NCBI GenBank assembly: GCA_028749115.1
Contig: JAQURD010000010.1
Location: 7,596-71,595 of the forward strand
Length of the DNA stretch: 64,000 nucleotides
Source of the DNA: Acidobacteriota bacterium
GTDB taxonomy: Bacteria; Acidobacteriota; Aminicenantia; Aminicenantales; Saccharicenantaceae
Reading direction: 5' to 3'
Positions 1 to 10,700 of this stretch are shown piece by piece (the stretch's first letter is position 1; each line of letters opens with the position of its first letter). The notes beneath the pieces were generated by a model. The model was given only the letters and a program-made list of their open reading frames with translations, ran no database searches and was not told the DNA's origin. A program made the translations under genes and the position numbers.

Positions 1-2129
1 GTTATTCGGTTTTTAAACTAGAGGCTGAGAAGGAAGAGATCACGGTGGTCGGTATCTTCCCGCCCCTGTCTCCTGGTGAACATCTTAAGCTTTCCGGTCA
101 TTTCGAAGTAAATCAGAAATTTGGCCGTCAATTTCAGATGGAGTCCTTCAGCCTGGCTTTACCTCATTCGACGGTTGGACTGGAAAAATTCCTGGCTTCG
201 GGGCTAATTAAAGGGCTGGGCCCGGTTCTGGCTAAAAGAATTGTAAAAAAGTTTGGTGTGGAAACGGCCAGGATTCTGGATGCTCAGCCAGAAAAATTGA
301 CCGGGGTAGAAGGCATCGGTCAGAAAAAACTCGCTGAGATTTTGAAATCCTGGGAAGAGCACCGGGAGATAAGAGATCTGATGATTTTTCTTCAGGAACA
401 CGGGATATCGGCGACCATGGCTTATAAGATTTACCGGACTTATGGCCGGTCTTCTTTTGATATTCTTAAAAAGAATCCTTATCAACTCTGCCTTGATATC
501 TGGGGGATCGGCTTTAAAACGGCCGATCAGATTGCACTTAAACTCGGCCTGCCGCCAGATTCTCAGGACCGGGTGAAGGCTTTTATACTTTATCTTCTCG
601 AAAAGGATAATGATGAAGGCCACGTTTTTTCTCTAAAGACAGAAGTGGTCAGAAGATGTCAGGAAGAACTGGAGACAGCAAGCGAGCTGGCCGAATTGGC
701 TCTATCGGCTCTGGCCCGGGATCAAGCTCTCGTTCAGGAAAAGACAGCTTCTGGCATTTGTCTTTACCGGCCTTTTTTCTATCAGGCTGAAGAAGAAGTA
801 GCCAGAAGAATGGCCGGTCTGGCCAGTCAGGATTGCCCGGTGCCTGACTTTGATGTTGATAGAAAAATTGAAGAGATAGAAAAAAAGTCCGGCCTGGTCT
901 TTTCGGCTCTCCAGAAAAAGGCTATTAAGAGCAGCCTGCAGAAAAAAATTCTGATTATTACCGGCGGCCCGGGGACCGGTAAGACGACCATCATCCGGGC
1001 GGTGGTTGATATTTTTGATAGCTGGCTAAAAAAAGTTCTGCTGGCCGCTCCCACCGGAAGGGCAGCTAAAAGATTATCAGAGGCTACTGGCCGGGAAGCT
1101 AAGACCATTCATCGCCTGCTTGAATATCGGCCAAAAGAAAGCCGGTTCAAAAGGGGGCTCCATCATCCTCTGCGAGCTGATGCCCTGATTGTTGACGAAG
1201 TCTCTATGGTTGATTTGCCTTTAATGTATAATTTGCTGCAGGCGCTGTCGCCTGATATGAGGTTAATCCTGGTCGGAGATCAGGATCAGCTGCCATCAGT
1301 TGGCCCTGGTAATCTTTTGAGGGATCTGATTGGTTCCGGCCTGGTCGAAGTTATCAAGCTCAACGAAATTTTCCGGCAGGCCAAAGAAAGCCTGATTGTG
1401 ATCAATGCTCACCGCATCAACCAGGGGCAGCCTCTTCTGTATCCACCCCGGGGAGACCCCCAGTCTGACTTTTATTTTCTTCATCAGGAAAATGAGGAAA
1501 AAGTCTTGGGTTTAATTTTAAAATTGTGCCGTTACAACCTGCCGCGGCGTCTCGGAATTAGCCCGCTATCCACCCAAATTCAGGTCATCAGTCCCATGTA
1601 CCGTGGCCTGGCTGGCGTTGACCGGTTAAATATTGAGTTGCAGAAGGCTCTAAATGCAAACTCAGCTTCCTTCAGATTAGGGTCGAAAGAATTCCGGACA
1701 GGTGATAAAGTCATGCAGACCAGAAACAATTATGAGAAAGAAATTTTCAACGGGGATGTGGGGACAGTGGCTCAGATTGATCCCCGCCGGCTGAGCCTGC
1801 TGGTTGATTTTGATGGACGAATTCTCTCCTATGAAAAAGATGAATTGTCTGAAATTGTTCTGGCCTATGCTGTTTCTGTCCACAAAGCTCAGGGCAATGA
1901 ATATCAGGCAGTCGTTATGCCGCTTTTGACCCAGCATTATATTATGCTTCAGAGGAATCTCTTTTATACCGCTCTAACCAGAGCCAAAAAATTGAGTATC
2001 ATCATAGGCTCTTACCGGGCCATGCATATAGCGATTAAAAATAACCGTCCGGTAAACAGGAATTGCTGCCTGAAAGAAAAAATGCAGAGCCTGGTCAAAG
2101 CCCCGCCGGCAAATTTTAGTTTGTATTAA
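1..2129 (+). CDS. recD2: ATP-dependent RecD2-like DNA helicase (5' partial; frame open to window start)
   Basis: Walker A GGPGTGKTT; HhH motifs (GIGFKTADQIA); motif-rich C-terminus typical of the RecD/TraA superfamily. No in-frame stop upstream of the GTG at 45, so the gene likely begins before the window. Confidence 0.8.
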   Translation, partial: YSVFKLEAEKEEITVVGIFPPLSPGEHLKLSGHFEVNQKFGRQFQMESFSLALPHSTVGLEKFLASGLIKGLGPVLAKRIVKKFGVETARILDAQPEKLTGVEGIGQKKLAEILKSWEEHREIRDLMIFLQEHGISATMAYKIYRTYGRSSFDILKKNPYQLCLDIWGIGFKTADQIALKLGLPPDSQDRVKAFILYLLEKDNDEGHVFSLKTEVVRRCQEELETASELAELALSALARDQALVQEKTASGICLYRPFFYQAEEEVARRMAGLASQDCPVPDFDVDRKIEEIEKKSGLVFSALQKKAIKSSLQKKILIITGGPGTGKTTIIRAVVDIFDSWLKKVLLAAPTGRAAKRLSEATGREAKTIHRLLEYRPKESRFKRGLHHPLRADALIVDEVSMVDLPLMYNLLQALSPDMRLILVGDQDQLPSVGPGNLLRDLIGSGLVEVIKLNEIFRQAKESLIVINAHRINQGQPLLYPPRGDPQSDFYFLHQENEEKVLGLILKLCRYNLPRRLGISPLSTQIQVISPMYRGLAGVDRLNIELQKALNANSASFRLGSKEFRTGDKVMQTRNNYEKEIFNGDVGTVAQIDPRRLSLLVDFDGRILSYEKDELSEIVLAYAVSVHKAQGNEYQAVVMPLLTQHYIMLQRNLFYTALTRAKKLSIIIGSYRAMHIAIKNNRPVNRNCCLKEKMQSLVKAPPANFSLY

Positions 2130-2149
2130 CGGCTGAGTCCATTATAATA
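2121..2149 (+). promoter_or_regulatory. putative sigma70-type promoter for the rubredoxin gene
   Basis: TTGTAT (2121-2126), 16-nt spacer, TATAAT (2143-2148). Lies ~30 nt upstream of the SD AGGAGAG and ATG at 2178. Confidence 0.3.
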
Positions 2150-2177
2150 ATTAAATAAGGTAGGAAGGAAAGGAGAG

Positions 2178-2345
2178 ATGACTATGGAAAAATGGGAATG
2201 CACGGCTTGTGGCTATATCTATGATCCCGAGGCAGGGGATCCTGAACATGATATTCCGCCAGGCACGCCATTTGAATCTCTACCTGATGATTGGGTTTGC
2301 CCCCAGTGCGGGGTGAGCAAAGAATTCTTTCAAAAGATAGATTGA
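2178..2345 (+). CDS. rub: rubredoxin (55 aa)
   Basis: [55 protein letters not shown]. Two CxxC(G) knuckles and the classic rubredoxin consensus; strong SD. Below the 60-aa cutoff of the ORF track. Confidence 0.85.
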   Translation: MTMEKWECTACGYIYDPEAGDPEHDIPPGTPFESLPDDWVCPQCGVSKEFFQKID

Positions 2346-2394
2346 GGCTTGAAATCCGAATGCCAGGTGTGTCCGAAAACCAGGAGCAGGAGAA

Positions 2395-3615
2395 ATGAGA
2401 ACTATTATTCTGGGCCATGGCCTGGCTGGAACTATGGCCGGCAAGACATTGAGGGAACTTGGATCTCCGGCTGAAATTATTATTATTGGTGAAGAAAAGT
2501 ATCCCTATTATCCGCGTCCAAATCTAATTGATTTCATAGCTGGTGATTTACCTCTGAACCGGATGTTTGCCTTTCCGCCGGATTGGGCGGAAAAACAGAA
2601 GATTCAGGTAAATTATGGCCGCAGGATTACCGGTCTCGATAAGGAGAAGATGGCAGTCGAGATTGATGGCCAGGAATGGATCAAAGGTGATAATTTAGTT
2701 TTAGCTACCGGGGCGGCTCCTCTTCTTCCGGGCATTCCGGGTGTAGAAAAAAAGGGGGTCTTCAGCCTCAGGACAATTGATGATGCACAATCTCTACTCG
2801 AGTTTCTGACGGCTGGGCCAGAGCCAGAAGTAGTTGTTCTGGGCGGAGGCTTGCTTGGACTGGAAATTGCCAGGGCTATCCTTAAAAGGGGTTTAAAAAC
2901 AGTAACAGTTGTTGAGTATTTTAACCGGCTTCTGCCCAGGCAACTGGATGAAACCGGTGCCCGGCTTCTTCGGGTGCAGCTCGAAAAGATGGGCCTGAAG
3001 TTTCTTCTGGGGAAAGAAGCGGCTGAAATAGAAGGTGAGGGGAAGGTCAGCCAGATAAAGTTTAAAGACGGCAGCCAGTTGCCGGCTGGAGCAATCATCG
3101 TTGCTGCTGGCGTTAAACCCAGGATAGAACTGGCTTTGAAGGCCGGCCTGAGTTGTAATCGCGGCCTTCTGGTTGATGATTACCTGCAAACAAGCCAGGC
3201 GGGGATTTATGCTGCCGGTGATGTGGCTGAACACCGGGGGCGTATTTATGGTCTGATACCGGCTGCTTTTGACCAGGCCAGAACTGTGGCTTATAACCTG
3301 GCCGGACAGGAGAAAAAATATGAGGGCACAGTCCCGGCTAATACGCTTAAAGTGGCAGGTGTTTTCCTGACAACGGCTGGCCTGATTTTACCTGAAGGGG
3401 AAGGCTTTGAGATTCTGTCCAGGCTGGATGAAGAACAGGGCGTTTATAAAAAACTTGTTTTTAAAGACAACCAACTGGTTGGAGCTATCTGGCTGGGCGT
3501 TAAGAAGGGAGGCCAGGAAATCAGCCGTCTGGTTCAAGCCAGGAAAGATCCCGGCCAATATAAATCTAATTTACTGGCTGATAATTTTGATTTTTCCAGA
3601 TTAAACAATTTATAG
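2395..3615 (+). CDS. FAD-dependent pyridine nucleotide-disulfide oxidoreductase, NADH:rubredoxin oxidoreductase-like
   Basis: N-terminal GxGxxG (ILGHGLAGTMAG) and a second dinucleotide fold (VVLGGGLLGLE); lies immediately downstream of rubredoxin. Confidence 0.75.
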   Translation: MRTIILGHGLAGTMAGKTLRELGSPAEIIIIGEEKYPYYPRPNLIDFIAGDLPLNRMFAFPPDWAEKQKIQVNYGRRITGLDKEKMAVEIDGQEWIKGDNLVLATGAAPLLPGIPGVEKKGVFSLRTIDDAQSLLEFLTAGPEPEVVVLGGGLLGLEIARAILKRGLKTVTVVEYFNRLLPRQLDETGARLLRVQLEKMGLKFLLGKEAAEIEGEGKVSQIKFKDGSQLPAGAIIVAAGVKPRIELALKAGLSCNRGLLVDDYLQTSQAGIYAAGDVAEHRGRIYGLIPAAFDQARTVAYNLAGQEKKYEGTVPANTLKVAGVFLTTAGLILPEGEGFEILSRLDEEQGVYKKLVFKDNQLVGAIWLGVKKGGQEISRLVQARKDPGQYKSNLLADNFDFSRLNNL

Positions 3616-3650
3616 TCATTTAAGCTGATTAGAAGTGAAAGGAGATTACT

Positions 3651-4679
3651 ATGAGAGTGCCTAAAACTGTTCTCGTCTTGATGTTTATCTTGTTTCTTGC
3701 CGTTTCTCTGCCAGCCCAGCTTAAGTTTAATGGTTATTTTTCTTATGAATATTTAAAAAGCCAGAAAGATGGCTTCTATCCTACCGGCACTTTTGACAAT
3801 CTTAATGGTGGGATGCTTCTCTCCGGATCAATTTCTGGCCCGCTAACCTTTAAACTGGAAGCCCTTTTTGACCAGGATGAAAAATTTGATCTGCATCAGG
3901 CTTATATAAATCTGCAAGTCAGCGAAGCCTTTATTTTTAAAATCGGCCGGTTTGAAGTGCCTTTCGGCCATTATAACCTTTACGCCCAGCCGGATAAAAA
4001 CGAAACTGTTTTCCGGCCATTGCCTTTTCACTTTTTCCCTTATCGCTGGGCAGATATTGGCTTTGCCTGGGAAGGAAATTACCACCATTCTATCTACTAT
4101 TCAGTTTATGCTATCAACGGACTGTCGGTTGATGATGATGGCTATCTTGAAACCCCGGCTACCGATATTAATAAAAACAAAGGTCTGGGCGGCCGGCTGG
4201 CCCTGAGAGTGGGCGAGGGGTTTGAAGCGGGCGGGTCATTTTATAGTGGAAGATATGACACCTCCAACTCAAAAAATATCAGATTTGAGGGATTCGATCT
4301 CACCTGGGTAACTACTGGCTGGGAAATCAAGGGTGAGTATGTCAGAACAGAAGTGAAGCATCCTTTTTTAAATGAGACACTCGACTTCGACGGTTACTAC
4401 TTTACAGTGGCTATTATTTTTAGAAACTTTAAGCCTTATTTCAGCTATCAATATTCGATGTTGCCCAACTCGCGCCTGGACGATGAACATGCCCCGCCTT
4501 TAAATGTACTGATTGAAACGATGGTCAAGAAGGATAGAAAAGCCATAGGTTGCAAGTTTGATTTTTTAGAAAATTTTTATGCCAAATTCGAATTTGACTG
4601 GAATAAGGAAAAAAGTCTTGATGGCCCATCTCAGTTAAAAGATAATGCCTATTCTATTCAAATCGGATTTGTTTTCTGA
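3651..4679 (+). CDS. secreted protein, probable outer-membrane beta-barrel (porin-like)
   Basis: Signal peptide MRVPKTVLVLMFILFLAVSLPAQ; aromatic-rich alternating pattern; C-terminal ...IQIGFVF ending in Phe. Confidence 0.45.
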   Translation: MRVPKTVLVLMFILFLAVSLPAQLKFNGYFSYEYLKSQKDGFYPTGTFDNLNGGMLLSGSISGPLTFKLEALFDQDEKFDLHQAYINLQVSEAFIFKIGRFEVPFGHYNLYAQPDKNETVFRPLPFHFFPYRWADIGFAWEGNYHHSIYYSVYAINGLSVDDDGYLETPATDINKNKGLGGRLALRVGEGFEAGGSFYSGRYDTSNSKNIRFEGFDLTWVTTGWEIKGEYVRTEVKHPFLNETLDFDGYYFTVAIIFRNFKPYFSYQYSMLPNSRLDDEHAPPLNVLIETMVKKDRKAIGCKFDFLENFYAKFEFDWNKEKSLDGPSQLKDNAYSIQIGFVF

Positions 4680-4773
4680 GCGCTTCAAGGTTGTCTTTAA
4701 ATCTGGTAGAATGCATTTTGTTTAGCTGCCATCCGGCTAAGCGGACAGATCAAACCGAGGACGGTTAATTAAA

Positions 4774-6105
4774 ATGAGTAATCTGCTGGTTATTGGCGCC
4801 CAATGGGGAGACGAAGGGAAAGGAAAGATAGTTGATTTTTTATCTCCAGCCTTTGACATCGTTGCCAGATATCAGGGTGGTCATAATGCCGGCCATACGG
4901 TTTATCTTAAAGGTAAGAAAATTGTTTTGCATTTAATACCATCCGGCATTCTCCATGCTGACAAGATTGGCATTATTGGCAATGGACTGGTGATCGATCC
5001 GGCCGCCTTTTTTAAGGAACTGGAAGATTTAAAATCGATCGGTGTTGAGGTTAATGAAAAAAGGTTGATGGTCAGCCGCTCAGCCCAGGTTATCATGCCT
5101 TATCATCCGCAGATGGAAAGAGTAAGCGAAGCACAACGCGGGAAAAAAATGATTGGCACCACCTGCCGTGGTATTGGCCCTTGCTATGAAGATAAAGCTG
5201 CCCGCTGGGGAATTCGCCTGGCTGATCTTCTGGAACCTGAAATTCTCCGGGAAAAGATTGAAGAGAATCTGGCCATCAAGAACAAAATTCTAGAAGCCTT
5301 CGGACAGCCAGTTTTTCAGGTCGGCCCGATTTTTGAGCAATATCAGAGATTCGGCGAAAAACTGGCCCCGTTTATTAAAGATGTTTCTGCCTATCTTTAT
5401 CAACAGAGCAAAGCTGGAAAATCAATTTTATTTGAAGGGGCTCAGGGCGTTCTGCTTGACCTGGACCACGGCACTTATCCCTATGTTACCTCATCAAGCT
5501 GCACCGCCGGGGGTGTAGCTACCGGCCTGGGCATCAGCCCGAAACAAATAAGCGGGATTCTGGGCATCGCTAAAGCCTATACCACCAGGGTAGGCAGCGG
5601 CCCGTTTCCTACCGAACTTAAGGATGAAACCGGGGAACTCATTGCCAGGAAAGGCGACGAATTTGGAGCGACAACTGGCCGGCCAAGACGGTGCGGCTGG
5701 TTTGACACCGTGGCTGCCCGTTATGCCTGCAGAATTAATGGCATTGACCTGCTGGCTCTGACCAAACCTGATGTTCTGGAAGGGCTAACTGAAATCAAGG
5801 CCTGCTATGCTTATGAATACAAGGGTTCAAAATTGAAGGATTTTCTGTCTGATCCTTATGTTCTGGACAGGGCGCAACCTGTTTACCGGACTTTTCCTGT
5901 CTGGTCAGGTTCGATTCACTGTTTGAGAGATCAGGAGAAGCTGCCTGCCGGGTTTGTTGATTACTTTCACTGGCTGGAAGATGAGCTGGAAACTCCAGTC
6001 GGGATTATTTCCACCGGTGTAGCCAGAGAAGATATTATTTGTTTTAAAGAGAAATGCAGCCGCCTCCTGGGAACTAAGGCTGAACAGTTGTTGGAAGGAC
6101 TTTAG
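4774..6105 (+). CDS. purA: adenylosuccinate synthetase
   Basis: QWGDEGKGK P-loop, GIGP, TTGRPRRCGW motifs. Confidence 0.95.
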   Translation: MSNLLVIGAQWGDEGKGKIVDFLSPAFDIVARYQGGHNAGHTVYLKGKKIVLHLIPSGILHADKIGIIGNGLVIDPAAFFKELEDLKSIGVEVNEKRLMVSRSAQVIMPYHPQMERVSEAQRGKKMIGTTCRGIGPCYEDKAARWGIRLADLLEPEILREKIEENLAIKNKILEAFGQPVFQVGPIFEQYQRFGEKLAPFIKDVSAYLYQQSKAGKSILFEGAQGVLLDLDHGTYPYVTSSSCTAGGVATGLGISPKQISGILGIAKAYTTRVGSGPFPTELKDETGELIARKGDEFGATTGRPRRCGWFDTVAARYACRINGIDLLALTKPDVLEGLTEIKACYAYEYKGSKLKDFLSDPYVLDRAQPVYRTFPVWSGSIHCLRDQEKLPAGFVDYFHWLEDELETPVGIISTGVAREDIICFKEKCSRLLGTKAEQLLEGL

Positions 6106-6153
6106 CCTGACCTGGCTCCAGGCGAGATTCTAAAAAAGAAAGCTGGAAGATAA

Positions 6154-7302
6154 ATGGAAAGTGGCCACAGGATGATTCAATGGGTAGAGATAGACAGAAA
6201 GGCTTTTCTGAACAATGTGGGAGAGTTTAAGAAACGCCTCGGCCGCACAGCTTTGATGGCGGTCATTAAAGCGAATGCCTATGGTCATGGCCTGTTGCCG
6301 ATGGCCCGCCTGGCGCAGGAAGCAGGCCTCGGCTGGCTGGGGGTGAACAACCTGGAAGAAGGACTGGTTCTCAGGCAAGCTGGTTTCAACCAAAAAATCC
6401 TCATTCTCGGTTATACCGGCCTTGATCAAGCAAAAGAAGTTGTCCAGGCTGATCTGAGAAGTGTTGTCTATAATCTGGAAAGTATCAGGGCTTTAGCCAG
6501 AGCCGCCCGCTGCCTGAGAAAGAAGGCCATCGTTCATCTGAAAATAGAAACTGGCACAAACCGGCAGGGAATTCCAGGCAAAAAACTTGGGGAAATTGTC
6601 AGGGAGCTTAAAAAGCTGCCGGAAATAGAAGTTGAGGGGGTAAGCTCTCATTTTGCCAATATTGAAGATACGACTGATGATTTTTATCCTAAACGTCAAC
6701 TGGCCAATTTTTTAGAAGCTGTTAATTTTTTAGAAAAGAATGGACTGGTCATTCCCATCAAGCATTTGGCCTGTTCGGCTGCGGCTATCCTGTTTCCTGA
6801 GACTTATTTTGATCTGGCCAGGGTTGGCCTCGGGCTCTACGGGCTCTGGTCATCAAGAGAAACTTTGATTTCCTGCCAGCAAAGAGGCCAGGAGCCTTTA
6901 AAACTGAAGCCAGTCCTGAGCTGGCGAACAAGAGTGGCTCAGGTTAAGCCAGTTTCCTCTGGCTCTTATGTTGGCTATGGCTGCACCTACCGGACAACCA
7001 GGGCCAGTAAGCTGGCTGTTATCCCGGTTGGCTATTATGATGGTTATGACCGTTCACTCTCCAATACTGCTTATGTCTTGATTAAAGGGCACAGGGCTCA
7101 AATCAGAGGCCGGATTTGTATGGATTTTATTATGGCCGATGTAACTGATATTCCAGGTGTCAAACTTGAAGACCGGGTGACGCTGCTCGGGTCTGATGGC
7201 CAGGAAAAAATTACAGCCGAGCAATTAGCCAGTCTGGCCGGGACAATTAATTATGAAATCATCACCCGGATTAATCCACTGGTTCCCAGAGTTATTGTCT
7301 AA
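6154..7302 (+). CDS. alr: alanine racemase
   Basis: PLP-lysine motif AVIKANAYGHG; overall Alr length and architecture. Confidence 0.9.
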   Translation: MESGHRMIQWVEIDRKAFLNNVGEFKKRLGRTALMAVIKANAYGHGLLPMARLAQEAGLGWLGVNNLEEGLVLRQAGFNQKILILGYTGLDQAKEVVQADLRSVVYNLESIRALARAARCLRKKAIVHLKIETGTNRQGIPGKKLGEIVRELKKLPEIEVEGVSSHFANIEDTTDDFYPKRQLANFLEAVNFLEKNGLVIPIKHLACSAAAILFPETYFDLARVGLGLYGLWSSRETLISCQQRGQEPLKLKPVLSWRTRVAQVKPVSSGSYVGYGCTYRTTRASKLAVIPVGYYDGYDRSLSNTAYVLIKGHRAQIRGRICMDFIMADVTDIPGVKLEDRVTLLGSDGQEKITAEQLASLAGTINYEIITRINPLVPRVIV

Positions 7303-7319
7303 AGGAGGAGGTAAACGGA

Positions 7320-7730
7320 ATGGAAAGTTTATTAAATTTAAAAACGGGCAGGTTGACACCCGGACAGGTTGATCTTATCCTGAGAACCCTGCCAGTAGAT
7401 ATTTCCTTTGTGGATCAGAGCGATACTGTTGTCTATTATTCTGAGAAAAAAAGAATATTTACGCGGGTTCCAGCCGTCATCGGCCGTAAAGTTCAGAACT
7501 GCCATCCGGCCAAAAGTGTCGGGATAGTTGAGAAAATCTTAAAAGCCTTTAAATCGGGAGAAAAAGAGACGGCTGAGTTCTGGCTGGAAACTGAAGGCCG
7601 CTTTATTCATATCAGATATTTTGCTGTTCGTGATGAAGCTGGAAAATATATGGGCTGTCTGGAAGTCAGCCAGGATGTCACAGAAATAAGACAGCTCACG
7701 GGCCAGCACCGCCTGCTTGACTGGGAATAA
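7320..7730 (+). CDS. conserved hypothetical small protein (possible PAS-like/DUF438-type fold)
   Basis: 136-aa ORF with SD AAGGAGGAGG upstream, coupled to alr; motif ISFVDQSDTVVYYS. Confidence 0.5.
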   Translation: MESLLNLKTGRLTPGQVDLILRTLPVDISFVDQSDTVVYYSEKKRIFTRVPAVIGRKVQNCHPAKSVGIVEKILKAFKSGEKETAEFWLETEGRFIHIRYFAVRDEAGKYMGCLEVSQDVTEIRQLTGQHRLLDWE

Positions 7731-7783
7731 GGCGGCAACGATTTAGGTTGCATTAAATTTTAACCTGAGCTTAAAATAAATAC

Positions 7784-10700
7784 ATGGAGCGAGGCAAAGA
7801 GAATGAAAAGAAGGGCAAGCGGCGGCGATGGCTAAGAGTTACTGTCTGGCTGGCAGGCGGGATAGTAGCCTTAATCATACTGCTGACCTTGCTGGCCAGC
7901 ACGCCACCGGGTAGCCGGCTAATTTTAAACCAGACTGGAAAATGGCTGAAAGACAAAACCGGTTACCAGCTGGAAGCCGGCGGCTTGCGTCTAAATCTCT
8001 TCCGCCTTAAGGCCAGCCTGTCTGGCCTTCGCCTTGAGTCGGTTACTCCAGGCCAGTTGCCGTCAGGCTCTTTGACCTGCGATCGCCTCTCTCTTCAAGT
8101 TGCCTGGTCAACCCTGACCGGTGGGTCAATTAGAATAAAAAATCTTGAAATTAAAAAACCCGTAGCTTATTTAAGGCCGGCTGCTAAAAGTTCGGAGGCT
8201 AAATCACCTGAAGAAGCCCCGCTAAGTACTAGCCACGAGGCAGCCAAACCTTTAGCTTTTCGTCTCGATCATTTTCTACTGGAAGACGGAGAGTTTTCCT
8301 ATAAAGACAAGCCCGGCCGGTTGACAATGAGTCTTTCTGATCTGCAAGCAGCTATTAAATTTGATGAAGCAGGTAACTCCCACCTGGCCGAAATTCAAAC
8401 AGGCCAGGGCAGCTTTGTTTTTGGTGGGAGACAGGTTAATCTGGATTCTTTAAAATTAAAAGCCTCACTCACAGACGATAAAATTAAAATAGAAAACTTA
8501 AACATCAAGGCCATTGGCTCAGAATTCTTTATATCAGGTGAAATTAATGATTATCTAAATAAGCCAGATCTGGCACTTTTGAGTTCAGGTAAAATTAATC
8601 TGTCTGAAGTCAGTGCTTTAATTGGTCCGCCTGATTCTTTTTCTGGCCTGGTCGGCTGGAAATTAAAAGCTCATGGGTCAATTGACTGGCCGCTGATTTC
8701 AGGGGAAATAACCGGCCAGAATTTAAAGGTCATGAATTTGACCAGCGTCGAGCTAAAGGCGGACCTCGAACCAGAAAGTGATTCTTCTACCCGGATTAAA
8801 GCCGGAATTAATCTAACACCGGGTTCAATGGCTATTGAGGCGATGATTCCCCGGGCTTTAAAAGGTGATTTTACGGGGAGGGTTGATTTTAGCCAGCTTC
8901 CCCTTAATGATATTTTTGCTTTTCTCCCTGATTTACCTGTAGCATCTGACTCTTTACTTAATGGCTATGTTGAACTGTCTGGACAGAACCTTAACCTTCA
9001 GGAAATTAAGGCACAAAGCCAGTTAAGTCTTCAGGCTGGAAAGGGAGAAAATGAAACTAAGCCAGGAAGTCGGCCTCTTGTCCCTTTATCAGGAAAGGTA
9101 ATAGCTTCCCTGGATAAAGGGGAAATAATCATTTCTGAGTTAAATCTTCAGACGCTGGACACCAGTCTAAGTCTTGAAGGCAGAGCAACGGAAAAGAAAC
9201 ACATTTCAGGCCGGTTGAGGCTTAAAGTTGATGATCTTAACCGGATGATTAATTCTTTAAAGTCTTCAGGCCTGGAACAGAGCCTCCCTGAATTAGGTGC
9301 CAGCTTAAAAAGCCTGCCGGAGCTAAAAGGATCATTGGGCCTCGAAGCCAGGGTGTCAGGTTCTTTTAGCCGGCCTGAACTTGAATTGAATCTGGGAGTA
9401 GAAAATCTATCTTTAAATAATCTGACTGTGCCCGGGATTAAGATAAAAGCTGATGGTAATTTAAATGGTGTTAACCTTCGTCAGTTTGAAGTGGTTTTCA
9501 GGGATGGTCAGATGACTGCCTCAGGGCGGCTGGCCAGGAATTCTGGTCGTTCAGTCTCACCCTTCAGCCTGAATGGCCAGGTTGAACTGAATAAAATTGA
9601 TTTAAGCCAGATAGCCGATTTTCTCGGTGAAAGCTATAAAAACTATATGAATGGCTGGCTGTCTGGCACAGTTTCAGCCTCTGGCCCTGTCAACTTTCTT
9701 CAATCGAATTTTAATTTGACAGTTGATCATCCTCAGATTCAAAATCTGAAAATTGATTTGCTGCAACTCAGGGGTGAATATATCAATGAGGAAATTAAAC
9801 TGGAGGAGATGCTGCTTGTCTGGCCGGGAGGTCAAATTGCTGGCCGTTTAGGCTTCAGACTGGCCACCGGTGAAATTATGGCGGATTTAAGCGGCGAGAA
9901 GTTAAAAGCCAGTTATTTTAGCTCTTTACTGCCTGCTCTTTCGGCTGGAGAGCTTGATTTTAAACTGACTGCTTCCGGTCCCTATCTTGCTCCCATCGCC
10001 GATTTAAAGATTGTCGGTCAGGGTTTTATGATCGGGCAGTTCTGGTTTCCTTATTTCGAGTTAGGAGTTAAATCTGATGGCCAGAAAGCACTGGCCAATT
10101 TCAGTGTTCCCCGCTTTAATCTCAATCTGGCCAGCCAGCTTGAACTGGCTCAGCCTTACCGGTTGACTGGTGAGATGATGATTAAAGATCTGGCGTTGGC
10201 CAATCTGGCCGGTATTCTGCCGACTGTCGAAGAGGAGGTGCCAGAGGTAGCTGTCACCGCCAGGCTGAATTTCTCTCTTCCTCTGACCAGGCCGGAGGAA
10301 GTTCAGGCTGAGTTTAGATTTGAAAATTTTGATTTTGCCGGCCTATCTGCTTTCCTGCCAGCTCTTAAAGATATGAATCCAGGCGGTGGTGCCAATGGCT
10401 CAATAAGATTAAATGGATTTTCACCTGATCTGGCTGCTACCAGCCTTGACCTGGAAATTCCTGAACTTAATCTTACACTTAATAACATTCCGGTCAAAAG
10501 TGATGGGTCATTGAGTCTTCATGTAAAAGACAGAGTCCTGGAAATAGATAGTTTCACCTTGTTAGCCCCTCATTCCCGGATTGAATTATCGGGGCGGTCT
10601 GAAATTAAAGAACTTAATAACCCCGGTCTTGATTTTTCTTTAATTGGCCAGCTTGGTATGGAAGATATCAATCCGCTCCTGTCCGGAATGTCGGCTGGCG

